DNA of 64,000 nucleotides from Octopus sinensis (Eukaryota): contig NC_043013.1 in NCBI RefSeq assembly GCF_006345805.1, positions 43,152,001 to 43,216,000 on the forward strand, given 5' to 3'. Shown here piece by piece: positions 55,282 to 61,500 of this stretch. The notes beneath the pieces are model-generated. The model ran no database searches. It was not told the origin of the DNA and was given only the letters and a program-made list of their open reading frames with translations. The translations under genes and the position numbers were made by a program. Each line of letters starts with the position of its first letter. The first letter of the stretch is position 1.

Positions 55282-58200
55282 TATATAGGCTTTTAATGTT
55301 GAAATACAATACACAGCCTTTGTTTCAATTGATATTGAAAATATTGAAGAATTTAGTGAAATAATTCCTCATTATTAAACTGAAATCTGGAACATAAATT
55401 AGCACTAAATTTTGGTGGACAGTTTTGATTTAGATGAGTGTTAAAGCAAGAATTTTGTATTGTAGAACCAGGGTCAGTTTCAGGTGGGTTACTTTGAAAA
55501 GGGTTAAAAAAACAACCACATATCTAACAATATGGCAATATCTTCAGTTCTTTGGTACTTTCTCTGTGGCTGGTCAATATGATATTGCAGCTGATGTTTT
55601 GTATGTGCTGGTTTGTTTACATCCCTGTAACTTAGTGTTTAGGTTGTTGCACTCATGGTCGCTGACTGGGCAGTGAATTGTGTTCTTAAGCAAAACACTT
55701 CATTTCACATTGCTCCAGTCCCCCTTTGATCAGGGAGGGATTTTGGCCCTGTTCGCCTAGCCTGTGGGGTGGTGTTGTTTGAAGGCTAAAACAATGCAAT
55801 GGTGCATTGTGACTAGCAATGTGTAACAACATCTGATAAGCCTGGTCGGTCATGCGATCACTTGATATGAAGCCTAAATACACTACCTGTTTTATATTCA
55901 AGCCAGTCAGATCCAGCTTCTCACACCTACCCTGTAATATTCTATTTTTCTAAAAATAAACAATCACATCATTGAAATCTTGAACTGACGAGATAATGCA
56001 TGATTAATTCAAAACCACATGAATAAATAAGAATTATGGGCATTCCTTCGTTTTGACTCGACAAAACCAAAACAAAACCTCGGTTGTTTCCGTGACAACT
56101 CGACAATTCACTTCGGATATCTTCGTGACCTCCATGACAGCTGCTAAAATGTGAGGAGGAGACAAGAACAAGCACGTATGCACACACACACAGACAAGAA
56201 CAAGCACGCACACACAACCCATTAGCTTTCTTCTCCTCCTCACATTTTAACAGCTGTCACAGAGGTCACGAAGATATCCGAAGCGAATTGTTGAGTTGCC
56301 ACGGAAACAACCGAGGTTTTGTTTTGGTTTTGTCGAGTCAAAACGAAGGGTCTCCGAATTATGCTTGATAAAATAATCTGAATGCTATAAGGTTAAAAAT
56401 AAGTCCTGGAGGAGGGGAGTTGGTTTGTTTAACTGAACCTTTCAGGGTTGAAAGTGGTAGCTCAGCATGGCCACAGTCCAATGACTGAAACTAGTATAAG
56501 ATAAAAATGTATATATTTTCTAACATTTGTAACACTTAATTTCAGGACAGAAAGAGAAAAACTGGATAGAGCCAGAAGGAAACTGGCAACTGTTAATGAA
56601 AGTAACTTGTGGTCCAAAAGAGAGCGGGCACATTCTTTGAGCAGGTAAGAGATGCTTATAACTAGATTACACACTGGAATTACACTTTATGGATTTTTTC
56701 GGTTTGAACGGCAGTTTGTAACATAATTCCTAGGTAACTAAAAAATTTTAAACTTCGTATACTGGTAGAATGTGTTTATAAAACATCTTTTTCTCTTGGC
56801 TTTATTGAGAAAATTCTATAGTTTGTAAGATATTTGTTGTTTTTTTTCTTCAATTTCTGCAATTTCAACCAATCAGTGACGTCTATTGAGGTAAAAAAAC
56901 ATTCTGTGCCGTATGAATATGTCCCTTGTTTAAGAAACAGATTGGGTTTATTTACATTTGTGAAGAAAAAAAAAGATACCCTTCCCCCCACCACTAACCC
57001 TAAAACAGATTGAAATGCAATAGATCGATACTAGGGTCATAATTATGGGTGACAATTTCATATGACACCACTAGAAAAAACTGCCATTCAAGCCGAAAAG
57101 CTCCCACTTTATTTAATCTGAAATGTATATTAACAAGGCATTGGATTCGATTGATAAAGTCATTAGAGTATTGGATATAATGCTTTGCAATATTTGTAAA
57201 GGTGAAGTTGACCTCAGCAGATTTAAGAAATGCTACTAAGTATTTTGTCCAATGTGTTAAAGATTCTGTCAGAGTACCCCTGTTCACTTAATAAAATAAG
57301 CCCTTCAACTATAGGCATAAGGCCAGAAATTTGATGGGAGGGAGCTTGTCGATCACATCAACTGGTACTTATTTTACTGACCATTGGAAGGATCAAATAT
57401 GAAGTTGACCCTGCTGGGATTTGAACTCAGAACACGAAGCTGAAAGATATGCTACTAATACTTTGTCTTGCATGCTAACAATTCTGCCAGCTTGCTGTCA
57501 ATAATATGATTTAGGCACAAGGCCTGCAATTTTCTGGGCAGGGTTTGTCAATCCTTATGTTCTAAGTTCAAATGTTGCTGTAGTAGACTTTGCCTTCTGT
57601 CCTTCAGGGGTGAATAAAATAAATATGTATCAAATATTTGATTAACTGTATTTGTTGGCATATAAGTGCATTTTTTTTTTCCTTGAACAAAAAAATGTTG
57701 CAAAAAAAAATCAACCTGGTTTTTATATGCAAAGTTACTTTAAATATTGATTTCAAATTTTGGCACAAGGCCATCAGTTTTGAAGGCAGGAGCAAGTCGA
57801 TTAAATCGACCCCAGCATTCAACTGGTACTTTATTTTATCTACCTCAAAAGAATGGAAGGCAAAGTTGATCTTGGTGAAATTTGAACTCAGAACATAAAG
57901 TCCGAAGAAATACTGCTAAGCATTTTGCTCAGCATGCTCATGATTCAGCCAGCTTGCCACATTTAATATGTCTGTGTGTCTTTTATGCCATCAAATATGG
58001 TGATCAGCTAACTCTCTTTCTTCATATTTGTGGCTTTTTACTAATGTTACAGACAATCATTATTATTAAGAGGTGAGATGGCAGAATTAGGAGTGTCTCA
58101 GGCAAAGTGCTTTGCCATATTCAGTTATGTCCCTTTATACACTAATTTCAAATCTTATTCAAGACGCTGGAGTCAATTTAATTGACTATATACTCTTTTC

Positions 58201-58511
58201 AAAATTTGTAGTTTTTTAAAATTTATACTACACTTACTACCCAGCGTTGCCTGGTAAAGTATTCATGGAATTGTTTGCCAGTTTGTAGAATGGGAATTCA
58301 CAGTACTTATACATGTATATATATTTATTTACCCTAACTTCTGGACTTATTTAATTGGAACTATCCAAACAATATTCATCAATTTACATGAGTAGAAGCT
58401 CTTTTTTTTTTACAGTTTTTATCCTGAAAATCACTTACTTTTGTTTTAAAGTGAACGAGAGGACAAAGTAAAAGATGTATGAACGTGTATATGAAATGGA
58501 TGTGTGTGTGT

Positions 58512-58542
<31 letters not shown>

Positions 58543-61500
58543 TGTGTGTGTGTGCCACTTACACATACATGAGAACACACACGTTCACTCACTCTTCCTC
58601 TCTCAGACACACACGTACATACAAAAAAGATGTATGCATATGTATTGATGTATGTACGTATACATGACAACACACCCCTTCACTCACTCTCTCTTTCTCT
58701 CTCTCCCTCTTTCACACACACATGTCCAATTCATATACACGTACATACATCTTTCACTTTCTCCTTTCTTTCACTTTAAAACAAAAGTAAATAAATAAAA
58801 AAATTTTTACGGAAATTAGCGAACTCCGGAAGATGAAATTACATTCAGTTAAAAATATTTCTAAATGATTAAAATATTGTGTACATCAAAAAGTCAATTT
58901 GGAGTTACAACTATGATGTTGGTAAAACATGTTCTTTGTCTATCTCCTTATCCTCTTGGAGATTTTGGGTAAAATTATACTAATGTGTCCTTCTAATTTA
59001 ATTAAATTATATATATATATATATATATATATCCCTCTCTCTCTTTCGGAGAGGCACAAGCACCTACACGCACATATACACACACGGCAGTAACTTCCAC
59101 CTACCGAATTCAATCACAAAGCTCCGGTCGGCTCGGGGCTATAATGGAAGACACCTACCCAAAGTGCCACGCAGTGGGACTGAACCCGAAACCATGTAGC
59201 TAGGAAGCAAGCTCCCGAACCACACAGCCATGCCCGATATAATATATACACACACACATGCTCTCTTATCCTCTACAATGATTATTTTAATCATTAAGTT
59301 TTTCTTGTTTCTTAGTTTGCGGTATGAAGACGAAAGGTCTGCGAAGCGATCCTTTGATAGAAATCACATGCATGGTGACTCATTCTGGAACGACCACAGT
59401 ATGGAGGACAATGGTGGTAGCTTATCTCTCCGATACGGTTCTCTGATTCCTGAATCAAGGTATGCAGTTTGGGAGATTCTGTTAGGCCAGTTTAGTCTAA
59501 ACTAAATGTTGCTTCACCTCTCTCTTGCTGTGTTTTTTTTTTTTTTATATATATTTTTAATTCTTTTCCATTATCAAATGCCATTTCTGTGTTTGGTGAT
59601 ATGTATTGGGTTGTCCGGAAAGTGCGTGCCGATTTTTAAAGGAAAGAAAAAGGTCAATAAATACTTGTCATTACATTTTTAATCAACCAAATACGAACCA
59701 TTTTGTTGCTACTAAGTATTTTGTCCAATACTGCTGGCCTTGTGTCTCCATCTTTCCTTCAACTTGAAAATACCCTCTTCCCAGAATTGTGGGGGTTTCA
59801 TGGAAAAGAATTCATCAAGGTATCTTTTTACGTCACCCAAGGAATTGAAATTTTTACCATTAAGACTATTCTGCCGAGACCTGAATAAGTGGAAATCCGA
59901 AGGAGCAATATCTGGTGAATATTGAGGGTGGGGTAACACATCCTAGCCGAGCTGCAGCAATTTTTGTCTGGTTCCCAAAGCATCAAGTGCCGAAAATGAA
60001 CTTTCTTTCTTATCTTCCATTTTAAAGGGTTACAGAATTAACACAGGTTATAGGAACATAAACCTTCTTCCACGAAAAGATAGCTTAAACTGTGCTCTAA
60101 ATGGAGGTGTAGTCAAATCCTATTTTATGGACTCAACCATGTTCTAAAATAAGTCGAAAGGTAAGCTACTATAAATCGGCACAAACTTTCCGGACAACCC
60201 AATATAAAGTACCCATACTGGTGTCACACATATAGTGTCCATGCCAGTGCCTACCCATGCCTGGTGCCACATATAAAGCACCCATGTCAGTGTCACGTAT
60301 GATGCACCTTTGCCAGTTCTACGTATAAAGCACCTGTGCCGGTGCCACATATAAAGTACTTGCACCAGTACCATGCCTAAAGCGTCCATGCTGGGGCTAC
60401 ATATAAAGCACCTGTGCCATGTACCAAGTATAAAGCACTCGTGCCGGTGTCACACATAAAGAACCTGAGCCGGTGCAATGTATAAAGCACCTGCACCAAT
60501 GCCATGTCTAAAGCTGGTGCCACATATAAAACTAGTGCCAATGCTACGTATAAAGCACCTGTGTGGGTGGCATGTATAAAGCACCCCTGTCTTGTGTTGC
60601 AAAAGCACTTGTGCCTAGTGCCACATATACCGCATCTGTGCCAGTGCTACATATAAAGCACCCAGTACACTCTGTAAAGTGGTTGAGATTAGGAAGGGCA
60701 TCCAGCTGTAGAAACCATTTCAAAATGGACAACTAGAGCCTGGGCAGTTCCTCTCCGGCTGGCCAGCTCCTCACAAACTGTCCAAACCATACCATCATAG
60801 AAAACAGATGTTAAATGATGATGATGATCATGATTTCTTATGAGATACTCAGTGTAGATGAGGTAGCAGTGGCCATGGTCTTTGCAGGCCCTCCCAGCCA
60901 GGACCACCTCTCAGATTGGTAAACAAGAAAGAAAGTAATCATCATCATTATTTTAACATCCTCTTTTACATGCTTGCCTGGCTTGGCTGTAGTTTTTAAT
61001 TGAGGCAGATTTTCTACAACTGGATGCCCTACCTGTCACCAGCCTTCAACTGTTCCCAAGCAAGGTTACATTCCCCCCATGATCAACCATGTTTCCATGG
61101 AAGATTGGAAATGGACACCACTTGCATGATGGTGATACTCGTTTACAACTATCATGTGATATCAAGACAAAGACACACACACATATGATGGGCGTCTTTC
61201 AGTTTCTGTCTACCAAATCCACTCAGGAAGCTTTGGTCAGCCTGAGGCTACAAACATTTGCCTAAGGTGCCATGGAGTGGGACTGAAACCTGAAATCATA
61301 TGGTTAAGAAGTAGGCTTCTTACGACACAGCCACGATTGAATCTTTACCAATCCAGACTTCTCGAACTCTAGTTTTATATTTTCATACAATATCTCTGTA
61401 TTGTTATTAATTGACCTGTCCCCTATATTTTTTCCACAGATACAGTGACTTGAAAGATGCATATCGCCGAAGAGGTGGTCCCTATTATGGCAGAGAAAGC

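Noticed and set aside
54608-55364. His/Thr-rich ORFs of more than 200 aa
   Set aside because: They are translations of a CA-rich minisatellite.
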